Positions 15,001 to 29,014 of a stretch of 64,000 nt of DNA are shown here, one piece after another (the first letter of the stretch is position 1; the number at the start of each line of letters is the position of its first letter). The DNA is from Eledone cirrhosa. Its lineage: Eukaryota. Made by a program: the position numbers and the translations under genes. The notes under the pieces were generated by a model. That model made no database searches and was not told where the DNA came from. It saw only the letters and a list, made by a program, of their open reading frames with translations. Where the stretch lies: positions 99,014,001 through 99,078,000 of the forward strand of contig OZ024743.1 in the NCBI GenBank assembly GCA_964016885.1, given 5' to 3'.

Positions 15001-18000
15001 CATACATCAACTACCTTCTGCTCTACAATCTCTCCTGTTTACAGCATACATCAACTACCTTCTGCTCTACAATCTCTCCTGTTTACAGCATACATCAACT
15101 ACCTTCTGCTCTACAATCTCTCCTGTTTACAGCATACATCAACTCCCTTCTGCTCTACAATCTCTCCTCTTTACAGCATTCATCAACTATCTTCTGCTCT
15201 ACAATCTCTCCTGTTTACAACATACATCAACTACCTTCTGCCCTACAATCTCTCCTGTTTACAACATACATCAACTCCCTTCTGCTCTAGAATCTCTCCT
15301 CTTTCCAGCATACATCAACTATCTTCTGCTCTACAATCTCTCCTCTTCACAACATACATCAACTACCTTCTGCTCTACAATCTCTCCTCTTTACAGCATT
15401 CATCAACTATCTTCTGCTCTACAATCTCTCCTGTTTACAACATACATCAACTACCTTCTGCTCTACAATCTCTCCTGTTTACAGCATCCATCAACTACCT
15501 TCTACTCTACAATCTCTCCTGTTTACAGCATACATCAACTACCTTCTGATCTACAATCTCTCCTGTTTACAGCATACATCAACTCCCTTCTGCTCTACAA
15601 TCTCTCCTGTTTACAGCATACATCAACTACCTTCTGCTCTACAATCTCTCCTGTTTACAGCATACATCAACTACCTTCTGCTCTACAATCTCTCCTCTTT
15701 ACAACATACATCAACTACCTTCTGCTCTACAATCTCTCCTCTTTACAGCATTCATCAACTATCTTCTGCTCTACAATCTCTCCTGTTTACAACATACATC
15801 AACTACCTTCTGCTCTACAATCTCTCCTGTTTACAGCATACATCAACTACCTTCTGATCTACAATCTCTCCTGTTTACAGCATACATCAACTCCCTTCTG
15901 CTCTACAATCTCTCCTGTTTACAGCATACATCAACTACCTTCTGCTCTACAATCTCTCCTGTTTACAGCATGAATTAACTACCTCCTGCTCCACGATCTC
16001 TCCTATTTACAACATACATCAACTATCTTCTGCTCTACAATCTCTCCTGTTTACAGCATACATCAACTACCTTGTGCTCTACAATCTCTCCTGTTTACAG
16101 CATACATCAGCTATCTTCTGCTCTACAATCTCTCCTGTTTACAGCATACATCAACTACCTGCTGTTCTACAATCTCTCCTCTTTACAACATACCTCAACT
16201 ACCTGCTGCTCTACAATCTCTCCTGTTTACAGCATACATCAACTACCTGCTGTTCTACAATCTCTCCTCTTTACAACATACATCAACTACCTGCTGCTCT
16301 ACAATCTCTCCTGTTTACAACATACATCAACTACCTGCTGTTCTACAATCTCTCCTCTTTACAGCATACATCAACTACCTACTGCTCTACAATCTCTCCT
16401 CTTTACAGCATACATCAACTACCTGCTGCTCTACAACCTCTCCTGTTTACAGCATACATCAACTACCTTCTGCTCTACAATCTCTCCTGTTTACAGCATA
16501 CATCAACTACCTTCTGCCCTACAATCTCTCCTGTTTACAGCATACATCAACTATCTCCTGCTCTACAATCTCTCCTATTTACAACATACATCAACTACCT
16601 TCTGCTCTACAATCTCTCCTGTTTACAGCATACATCAACTACCTTCTGCTCTACAATCTCTCCTGTTTACAGCATACATCAACTACCTTCTGCTCTACAA
16701 TCTCTCCTGTTTACAGCATACATCAACTACCTTCTGCCCTACAATCTCTTCTGTTTACAGCATACATCAACTACCTGCTGCTCTACAATCACTCCTGTTT
16801 ACAGCAGACATCAACTACCTGCTGCTCTACAATCTCTCCTGTTTACAGCATACATCAACAACCTGCTGGTCTACAATCTCTCCTGTTTACAGCATAAATT
16901 AACTACCTCCTGCTGTACAATCTTTCCTGTTTACAGCATACATCAACTACCTGCTGCTCTACAATCTCTCCTCTTTACAGCATACATCAACTAACTTCTG
17001 CTCTACAATCTCTCCTTTTTACAGCATACATCAACTACCTGCTGGTCTACAATCTCTCCTGTTTACAGCATAAATTAACTACCTCCTGCTCTACAATCTT
17101 TCCTGTTTACAGCATACATCAACTACCTTCTGCTCTACAATCTCTCCTATTTACAGCATACATCAACTACCTTCTGCTCTACAATCTCTCCTCTTTACAG
17201 CATACATCAACTATCTTCTGCTCTATAATCTCTCCTGTTTACAGCATACATCAACTACCTTCTGCTCTACAACCTCTCCTCTTTACAGCATACATCAACT
17301 ACCTTCTGTTCTACAATCTCTCCTCTTTACAGCATACATCAACTACATTCTGCTCTACAACCTCTCCTGTTTACAGCATACATCAACTACCTCCTGCTCT
17401 ACAATCTCTCCTCTTTACAGCATACATCAACTACCTTCTGCTCTACAATCTGTCCTGTTTACAGCATCCATCAACTACCTTCTGCTCTACAATCTCTCCT
17501 GTTTACAGCATACATCAACTACCTTCTGATCTACAATCTCTCCTGTTTACAGCATACATCAACTCCCTTCTGCTCTACAATCTCTCCTGTTTACAGCATA
17601 CATCAACTACCTTCTGCTCTACAATCCCTCCTGTTTACAGCATACATCAACTACCTTCTGCTCTACAATCTCTCCTGTTTACAGCATACATCAACTACCT
17701 TCTGCTCTACAATCTCTCCTGTTTACAGCATACATCAACTACCTTCTGCTCTACAATCTCTCCTGTTTACAGCATACATCAACTACCTTCTGCTCTACAA
17801 TCTCTCCTGTTTACAGCATACATCAACTCCCTTCTGCTCTACAATCTCTCCTCTTTACAGCATTCATCAACTATCTTCTGCTCTACAATCTCTCCTGTTT
17901 ACAACATACATCAACTACCTTCTGCCCTACAATCTCTCCTGTTTACAACATACATCAACTCCCTTCTGCTCTAGAATCTCTCCTCTTTCCAGCATACATC

Positions 18001-21000
18001 AACTATCTTCTGCTCTACAATCTCTCCTCTTCACAACATACATCAACTACCTTCTGCTCTACAATCTCTCCTCTTTACAGCATTCATCAACTATCTTCTG
18101 CTCTACAATCTCTCCTGTTTACAACATACATCAACTACCTTCTGCTCTACAATCTCTCCTGTTTACAGCATCCATCAACTACCTTCTACTCTACAATCTC
18201 TCCTGTTTACAGCATACATCAACTACCTTCTGCCCTACAATCTCTCCTGTTTACAGCATACATCAACTATCTCCTGCTCTACAATCTCTCCTATTTACAA
18301 CATACATCAACTACCTTCTGCTCTACAACCTCTCCTGTTTACAGCATACATCAACTACCTTCTGCTCTACAATCTCTCCTGTTTACAGCATACATCAACT
18401 ACCTTCTGCCCTACAATCTCTCCTGTTTACAGCATACATCAACTATCTCCTGCTCTACAATCTCTCCTATTTACAACATACATCAACTACCTTCTGCTCT
18501 ACAATCTCTCCTGTTTACAGCATACATCAACTACCTTCTGCTCTACAATCTCTCCTGTTTACAGCATACATCAACTACCTTCTGCCCTACAATCTCTCCT
18601 GTTTACAGCATACATCAACTACCTTCTGCCCTACAATCTCTTCTGTTTACAGCATACATCAACTACCTGCTGCTCTACAATCACTCCTGTTTACAGCAGA
18701 CATCAACTACCTGCTGCTCTACAATCTCTCCTGTTTACAGCATACATCAACAACCTGCTGGTCTACAATCTCTCCTGTTTACAGCATAAATTAACTACCT
18801 CCTGCTGTACAATCTTTCCTGTTTACAGCATACATCAACTACCTGCTGCTCTACAATCTCTCCTCTTTACAGCATACATCAACTAACTTCTGCTCTACAA
18901 TCTCTCCTTTTTACAGCATACATCAACTACCTGCTGGTCTACAATCTCTCCTGTTTACAGCATAAATTAACTACCTCCTGCTCTACAATCTTTCCTGTTT
19001 ACAGCATACATCAACTACCTTCTGCTCTACAATCTCTCCTGTTTACAGCATACATCAACTACCTTCTGCTCTACAATCTCTCCTCTTTACAGCATACATC
19101 AACTATCTTCTGCTCTATAATCTCTCCTGTTTACAGCATACATCAACTACCTTCTGCTCTACAACCTCTCCTCTTTACAGCATACATCAACTACCTTCTG
19201 TTCTACAATCTCTCCTCTTTACAGCATACATCAACTACATTCTGCTCTACAACCTCTCCTGTTTACAGCATACATCAACTACCTCCTGCTCTAGAATCTC
19301 TCCTCTTTACAGCATACATCAACTACCTTCTGCTCTACAATCTGTCCTGTTTACAGCATCCATCAACTACCTTCTGCTCTACAATCTCTCCTGTTTACAG
19401 CATACATCAACTACCTTCTGATCTACAATCTCTCCTGTTTACAGCATACATCAACTCCCTTCTGCTCTACAATCTCTCCTGTTTACAGCATACATCAACT
19501 ACCTTCTGCTCTACAATCCCTCCTGTTTACAGCATACATCAACTACCTTCTGCTCTACAATCTCTCCTGTTTACAGCATACATCAACTACCTTCTGCTCT
19601 ACAATCTCTCCTGTTTACAGCATACATCAACTACCTTCTGCTCTACAATCTCTCCTGTTTACAGCATACATCAACTACCTTCTGCTCTACAATCTCTCCT
19701 GTTTACAGCATACATCAACTCCCTTCTGCTCTACAATCTCTCCTCTTTACAGCATTCATCAACTATCTTCTGCTCTACAATCTCTCCTGTTTACAACATA
19801 CATCAACTACCTTCTGCCCTACAATCTCTCCTGTTTACAACATACATCAACTCCCTTCTGCTCTAGAATCTCTCCTCTTTCCAGCATACATCAACTATCT
19901 TCTGCTCTACAATCTCTCCTCTTCACAACATACATCAACTACCTTCTGCTCTACAATCTCTCCTCTTTACAGCATTCATCAACTATCTTCTGCTCTACAA
20001 TCTCTCCTGTTTACAACATACATCAACTACCTTCTGCTCTACAATCTCTCCTGTTTACAGCATCCATCAACTACCTTCTACTCTACAATCTCTCCTGTTT
20101 ACAGCATACATCAACTACCTTCTGATCTACAATCTCTCCTGTTTACAGCATACATCAACTCCCTTCTGCTCTACAATCTCTCCTGTTTACAGCATACATC
20201 AACTACCTTCTGCTCTACAATCTCTCCTGTTTACAGCATACATCAACTACCTTCTGCTCTACAATCTCTCCTCTTTACAACATACATCAACTACCTTCTG
20301 CTCTACAATCTCTCCTCTTTACAGCATTCATCAACTATCTTCTGCTCTACAATCTCTCCTGTTTACAACATACATCAACTACCTTCTGATCTACAATCTC
20401 TCCTGTTTACAGCATCCATCAACTACCTTCTGATCTACAATCTCTCCTGTTTACAGCATCCATCAACTACCTTCTGCTCTACAATCTCTCCTGTTTACAG
20501 CATACATCAACTACCTTCTGATCTACAATCTCTCCTGTTTACAGCATACATCAACTCCCTTCTGCTCTACAATCTCTCCTGTTTACAGCATACATCAACT
20601 ACCTTCTGCTCTACAATCTCTCCTGTTTACAGCATCCATCAACTACCTTCTGCTCTACAATCTCTCCTGTTTACAGCATCCATCAACTACCTTCTGATCT
20701 ACAATCTCTCCTGTTTACAGCATACATCAACTCCCTTCTGCTCTACAATCTCTCCTGTTTACAGCATACATCAACTACCTTCTGCTCTACAATCTCTCCT
20801 GTTTACAGCATAAATTAACTACCTCCTGCTCCACGATCTCTCCTATTTACAACATACATCAACTATCTTCTGCTCTACAATCTCTCCTGTTTACAGCATA
20901 CATCAACTACCTTGTGCTCTACAATCTCTCCTGTTTACAGCATACATCAGCTATCTTCTGCTCTACAATCTCTCCTGTTTACAGCATACATCAACTACCT

Positions 21001-24000
21001 GCTGTTCTACAATCTCTCCTCTTTACAACATACATCAACTACCTGCTGCTCTACAATCTCTCCTGTTTACAGCATACATCAACTACCTGCGATTCTACAA
21101 TCTCTCCTCTTTACAACATACATCAACTACCTGCTGCTCTACAATCTCTCCTGTTTACAACATACATCAACTACCTGCTGTTCTACAATCTCTCCTCTTT
21201 ACAGCATACATCAACTACCTACTGCTCTACAATCTCTCCTCTTTACAGCATACATCAACTACCTGCTGCTCTACAACCTCTCCTGTTTACAGCATACATC
21301 AACTACCTTCTGCTCTACAATCTCTCCTGTTTACAGCATACATCAACTACCTTCTGCCCTACAATCTCAACTGTTTACAGCATACATCAACTATCTCCTG
21401 CTCTACAATCTCTCCTATTTACAACATACATCAACTACCTTCTGCTCTACAATCTCTCCTGTTTACAGCATACATCAACTACCTTCTGCTCTACAATCTC
21501 TCCTGTTTACAGCATACATCAACTACCTTCTGCCCTACAATCTCTCCTGTTTACAGCATACATCAACTACCTACTGCTCTACAATCTCTCCTGTTTACAG
21601 CATACATCAACTACCTGCTGCTCTACAATCACTCCTGTTTACAGCAGACATCAACTACCTGCTGCTCTACAATCTCTCCTGTTTACAGCATACATCAACA
21701 ACCTGCTGGTCTACAATCTCTCCTGTTTACAGCATAAATTAACTACCTCCTGCTGTACAATCTTTCCTGTTTACAGCATACATCAACTACCTGCTGCTCT
21801 ACAATCTCTCCTCTTTACAGCATACATCAACTAACTTCTGCTCTACAATCTCTCCTTTTTACAGCATACATCAACTACCTGCTGGTCTACAATCTCTCCT
21901 GTTTACAGCATAAATTAACTACCTCCTGCTCTACAATCTTTCCTGTTTACAGCATACATCAACTACCTTCTGCTCTACAATCTCTCCTGTTTACAGCATA
22001 CATCAACTACCTTCTGCTCTACAATCTCTCCTCTTTACAGCATACATCAACTATCTTCTGCTCTATAATCTCTCCTGTTTACAGCATACATCAACTACCT
22101 TCTGCTCTACAACCTCTCCTCTTTACAGCATACATCAACTACCTTCTGTTCTACAATCTCTCCTCTTTACAGCATACATCAACTACATTCTGCTCTACAA
22201 CCTCTCCTGTTTACAGCATACATCAACTACCTCCTGCTCTACAATCTCTCCTCTTTACAGCATACATCAACTACCTTCTGCTCTACAATCTGTCCTGTTT
22301 ACAGCATCCATCAACTACCTTCTGCTCTACAATCTCTCCTGTTTACAGCATACATCAACTACCTTCTGATCTACAATCTCTCCTGTTTACAGCATACATC
22401 AACTCCCTTCTGCTCTACAATCTCTCCTGTTTACAGCATACATCAACTACCTTCTGCTCTACAATCTCTCCTGTTTACAGCATACATCAACTATCTTCTG
22501 CTCTACAATCTCTCCTCTTTACAGCATACATCAACTACCTTCTGCTCTACAACCTCTCCTGTTTACAGCATACATCAACTACCTGCTGCTCTAGAATCTC
22601 TCCTCTTTACAGCATACATCAACTACCTTCTGCTCTACAACCTCTCCTGTTTACAGCATACATCAACTACCTGCTGCTCTAGAATCTCTCCTCTTTACAG
22701 CATACATCAACTACCTTCTGCTCTACAACCTCTCCTGTTTACAGCATACATCAACTACCTGCTGCTCTAGAATCTCTCCTCTTTACAGCATACATCAACT
22801 ACCTTCTGCTCTACAACCTCTCCTATTTACAACATACATCAACTACCTTCTGCTCTACAATCCCTCCTGTTTACAGCATACATCAACTACCTTGTGCTCT
22901 ACAATCTCTCCTGTTTACAGCATACATCAACTACCTTCTGCTCTACAATCTCTACTGTTTACAGCATACATCAACTACCTTCTGCTCTACAATCTCTCCT
23001 CTTTACAACATACATCAACTACCTTCTGCTCTACAATCTCTCCTATTTACAACATACATCAACTACCTTCTGCTCTACAATCTCTCCTGTTTACAGCATA
23101 CATCAACTACCTTCTGCTCTACAATCTCTCCTGTTTACAGCATACATCAACTACCTTCTGCTCTACAATCTCTCCTATTTACAACATACATCAACTACCT
23201 TCTGCTCTACAATCTCTCCTGTTTACAGCATACATCAACTACCTTCTGCTCTACAATCTCTCCTATTTACAACATACATCAACTACCTTCTGCTCTACAA
23301 TCTCTCCTGTTTACAGCATAAATTAACTACCTCCTGCTCCACGATCTCTCCTGTTTACAACATACATCAACTATCTTCTGCTCTACAATCTCTCCTGTTT
23401 ACAGCATACATCAACTACCTTGTGCTCTACAATCTCTCCTGTTTACAGCATACATCAGCTATCTTCTGCTCTACAATCTCTTCTGTTTACAGCATACATC
23501 AACTACCTGCTGTTCTACAATCTCTCCTCTTTACAACATACATCAACTACCTGCTGCTCTACAATCTCTCCTGTTTACAGCATACATCAACTACCTGCTG
23601 TTCTACAATCTCTCCTCTTTACAACATACATCAACTACCTGCTGCTCTACAATCTCTCCTGTTTACAACATACATCAACTACCTGCTGTTCTACAATCTC
23701 TCCTCTTTACAGCATACATCAACTACCTACTGCTCTACAATCTCTCCTCTTTACAGCATACATCAACTACCTGCTGCTCTACAATCTCTCCTGTTTACAG
23801 CATACATCAACTACCTTCTGCTCTACAATCTCTCCTGTTTACAGCATACATCAACTACCTTCTGCCCTACAATCTCTCTTGTTTACAGCATACATCAACT
23901 AACTTCTGCTCTACAATCTATCCTCTTTACAGCATACATCAACTATCTTCTGCTCTACAATCTCTCCTTTTTACAACATACATCAACTACCTGCTGCTCT

Positions 24001-27000
24001 ACAATCTCTCCTCTTTACAGCATACATCAACTATCTTCTGCTCTACAATCTCTCCTGTTTACAACATACATCAACTACCTTCTGCTCTACAATCTCTCCT
24101 GTTTACAGCATACATCAACTATCTTCTGCTCTACAATCTCTCCTGTTTACAGCATACATCAACTACCTTCTGCTCTACAACCTCTCCTGTTTACAGCATA
24201 CATCAACTACCTTCTGTTCTACAATCTCTCCTCTTTACAGCATACATCAACTATCTTCTGCTCTACAATCTCTCCTGTTTACAGCATACATCAACTATCT
24301 CCTGCTCTACAATCTCTCCTGTTTGCAGCATACATCAACTACCTGCTGCTCTACAATCTCTCCTCTTTACAGCATACATCAACTACCTTGTGCTCTACAA
24401 TCTCTCCTCTTTACAGCATACATCAACTACCTACTGCTCTACAATCTCTCCTGTTTACAGCATACATCAACTACCTTCTGCTCTACAATCTCTCCTGTTT
24501 ACAGCATCCATCAACTACCTTCTGCTCTACAATCTCTCCTCTTTACAGCATACATCAACTACCTTCTGCTCTACAATCTCTCCTGTTTACAGCATACATC
24601 AACTATCTTCTGCTCTACAATCTCTCCTGTTTACAACATACATCAACTACGTTCTGCTCTACAATCTCTCCTCTTTACAGCATACATCAAATATCTTCTG
24701 CTCTACAATCTCTCCTGTTTACAGCATACATCAACTCCCTTCTGCTCTACAACCTCTCCTGTTTACAGCATACATCAACTACCTTCTGCTCTACAATCTC
24801 TCCTCTTTACAGCATACATCAACTACCTTCTGCTCTACAATCTCTCCTGTTTACAGCATACATCAACTACCTTCTGCTCTACAATCTCTCCTGTTTACAG
24901 CATACATCAACTACCTGCTGCTCTAGAATCTCTCCTCTTTACAGCATACATCAACTACCTTCTGCCCTACAATCTCTCCTGTTTACAGCACACATCAACT
25001 ACCTTCTGTTCTACAATCTCTCCTCTTTACAGCATACATCAACTATCTTCTGCTCTACAATCTCTCCTGTTTACAACATACATCAACTATCTCCTGCTCT
25101 ACAATCTCTCCTATTTACAACATACATCAACTACATTCTGCTCTACAATCTCTCCTGTTTACAGCATACATCAACTACCTTCTGCTCTACAACCTCTCCT
25201 ATTTACAACATACATCAACTACCTTCTGCTCTACAATCTCTCCTGTTTACAGCATACATCAACTACCTTCTGCCCTACAATCTCTCCTGTTTACAGCATA
25301 CATCAACTACCTACTGCTCTACAATCTCTCCTGTTTACAGCATACATCAACTACCTTCTGCTCTACAATCTCTCCTCTTTACAGCATACATCAACTATCT
25401 TCTGCTCTACAATCTCTCCTGTTTACAACATACATCAACTACCTGCTGCTCTAGAATCTCTCCCAGTTACAGCATACATCAACTACCTTCTGCCCTACAA
25501 TCTCTCCTGTTTACAGCATACATCAACTACCTTCTGCTCTACAATCTCTCCTCTTTACAGCATACATCAACTACCTTCTGCTCTACAATCTCTCCTATTT
25601 ACAACATACATCAACTACCTTCTGCTCTACAATCTCTCCTGTTTACAGCATACATCAACTACCTTCTGCTCTACAATCTCTCCTGTTTACAGCATACATC
25701 AACTACCTTCTGCTCTACAATCTCTCCTGTTTACAGCATACATCAACTACCTTCTGCTCTACAATCTCTCCTATTTACAACATACATCAACTACCTTCTG
25801 CTCTACAATCTCTCCTGTTTACAGCATACATCAACTACCTTCTGCTCTACAATCTCTCCTGTTTACAGCATACATCAACTACCTTCTGCTCTACAATCTC
25901 TCCTCTTTACAGCATACATCAACTACCTTCTGCTCTACAATCTCTCCTATTTACAACATACATCAACTACCTTCTGCTCTACAATCTCTCCTGTTTACAG
26001 CATACATCAACCACCTTCTGCTCTACAATCTCTCCTCTTTACAGCATACATCAACTACCTTCTGCTCTACAATCTCTCCTGTTTACAGCATACATCAACT
26101 ACCTTCTGCTCTACAATCTCTCCTCTTTACAGCATACATCAACTACCTTCTGCTCTACAATCTCTCCTATTTACAACATACATCAACTACCTTCTGCTCT
26201 ACAATCTCTCCTGTTTACAGCATACATCAACCACCTTCTGCTCTACAATCTCTCCTCTTTACAGCATACATCAACTACCTTCTGCTCTACAATCTCTCCT
26301 GTTTACAGCATACATCAACTACCTTCTGCTCTACAATCTCTCCTATTTATAACATACATCAACTACCTTCTGCTCTACAATCTCTCCTGTTTACAGCATA
26401 CATCAACTACCTTCTGCTCTACAATCTCTCCTCTTTACAGCATACATCAACTACCTTCTGCTCTACAATCTCTCCTATTTACAGCATACATCAACTACCT
26501 TCTGCTCTACAATCTCTCCTGTTTACAGCATACATCAACTACCTTCTGCTCTACAATCTCTCCTATTTACAGCATACATCAACTACCTTCTGCTCTACAA
26601 TCTCTCCTCTTTACAGCATACATCAACTACCTTCTGCTCTACAATCTCTCCTATTTACAGCATACATCAACTACCTTCTGCTCTACAATCTCTCCTCTTT
26701 ACAGCATACATCAACTACCTTCTGCTCTACAATCTCTCCTATTTACAACATACATCAACTACCTTCTGCTCTACAATCTCTCCTGTTTACAGCATACATC
26801 AACTACCTTCTGCTCTACAATCTCTCCTCTTTACAGCATACATCAACTACCTTCTGCTCTACAATCTCTCCTGTTTACAGCATACACCAACTACCTTCTA
26901 CTCTACAATCTCTCCTGTTTACAGCATACATCAACTACCTTGTGCTCTACAATCTCTCCTGTTTACAGCATACATCAACTATCTTCTGCTCTACAATCTC

Positions 27001-27024
27001 TCCTCTTTACAGCATACATCAACT
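1..27024. repeat. 44-bp tandem satellite, consensus catacatcaactaccttctgctctacaatctctcctgtttacag, about 614 units, open at the window start
   Basis: Unit starts at 41, 3781 and 27013 are all 41+44k, so there is no net indel. The array ends abruptly at ...catcaact|ggaaac. Confidence 0.98.
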
Positions 27025-27479
27025 GGAAACCTGTGGATTCTTATATATATTCATATTTAGGGCTTGTGCCATCATTTCAGCCCATCCATAATATCAAAAA
27101 TCTCCAAGAAGAGTAGAAAAGTTAGTAGCATTAGTAGTAGCAGGAGTAGTAGTAGCAGCAGTAGTAGCAGCATCTAGCAGTTATTGCCACAGATAGTGAG
27201 TGAAGGTGTCTTTGTATTACTGGGGTTTGGTTGGTCAAAGAGGCTAAATTGTGAGTGGTTTGGCTGGTTAATTAATGTCTTAGAGGAACAGGAAACATGA
27301 AATAAGATAAAATAGTCATTGTTGATAGAATACATGGAAAAGAGCCAAGCCTATATATACACACGTGTGTGTGTGTGTGTTGATAGTCAGAGTGTCAGTG
27401 ATATAAACCTTTGTTTATATCTGGTAACATCCATACAAGTAGTTGATAGCTTCTGCTATTACTCCTGTTGTAAACAAAA

Positions 27480-28165
27480 GGTTTCTTACTATGAATGAAA
27501 GGTCAACTGTATTATGTCTGTGTGCAATGTGCAATGGCTGCATGGTAGTGAGACATGGGCAGTGACTGCAGAGAATATGGGAAAACTCGAGAGAAATGAA
27601 GTGAGCATGATATGATGGATGTGCAATGTTAATGTGCATAAATGACAAAGCATGGATGAACTGGGAAAGAAATTGGGTATGTAAAGAGTCAGTTGTAGTA
27701 GGAGAGAAGACTGTGCTGGTATAGACATGTGATGGACACAGATGATGATGGATGAGTGAAAAGTTGCCAAGAAACCCAGTGGAAGAAAGCTACGGTAGTG
27801 GACATCGAAGGTATATCTGGACAGAAGTGATGAGGGCATTCTCCATAAATAGAGGAACCCCTGATGTGTGAAAATCAAAATCCTTACTTAGAAAATAAAT
27901 GAACATTGGGAGTACTGTGAAATTCGTTATAACGAAATTCACGGAATATAAAAATAATTTGTTGTAACGAAAAGTTCTTTATAATGAGATAGCGAAACAA
28001 ATGTTTGCTTGTTACCCCGGGGAAAAAAATGTTATACTGAAAAATTCATCATAGTGGTATTCATTATAATGGAATTTTACCTGTATTAGGAAGGACATCT
28101 AGCCATAGAATTACTTTTATAAAATCCTTTTAAACCCATACCAGCAAAAATGAGAATGATATCTA
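27480..28165 (+). mobile_element. Decayed 3' fragment of an RTE-clade LINE (ORF C-terminus plus 3' UTR motif), interrupted by a MITE
   Basis: Broken translation KGQLYYVCV..LHGSETWAVTAENMGKLERNEVSMI*WMCNV matches the peptide at 50921-51190. The motif aggaaggacatctagccatagaa near 28088 matches the shared 3' module. Confidence 0.75.
27915..28083. mobile_element. Tc1/mariner-pogo (Tigger-like) MITE, about 170 bp
   Basis: Degenerate TIRs: ta|ctgtgaaattcgttataacgaa versus reverse complement of the right end ta|caggtaaaattccattataatgaa. TA flanks both sides and internal gttataa-type subrepeats are present. Confidence 0.6.
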
Positions 28166-28419
28166 CATGAAAAAGAGAAAAGAGGCAGCGAGTGTGTGAG
28201 GAGGTGCAACGGGCAAGAAAATAAAACAACAAAACAACAAAGAAACTGACAGAGTATCAATGAAGGTATTTTAAAATGATTTTTTTTTCTTTATTTTCTT
28301 TATTTCATAACCAATCAAAAATATAAAAATTAAGCATTTTACTCTTCAATTAGGAATTATTATAATTTGCAGACACAAAAAAAAAAAAATTAAGGGATTA
28401 CAATTTATAATGTATATAA

Positions 28420-28955
<536 letters not shown>

Positions 28956-29014
28956 TTTGTTTTTGTATTTGTTTTGCAAGATTTTTATATCTGAAAACAT
29001 GTGTTGAAACAGAT

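Noticed and set aside
1-27024. CRISPR array interpretation of the 44-bp or 40-bp repeats
   Set aside because: No unique spacers, no cas genes, and a eukaryotic context.
540-27091. Long ORFs (up to 1152 aa) in the 44-bp array as protein genes
   Set aside because: The same peptide appears in all three frames, the starts are non-ATG variants, and the period is not a multiple of 3, so this is a satellite artefact.
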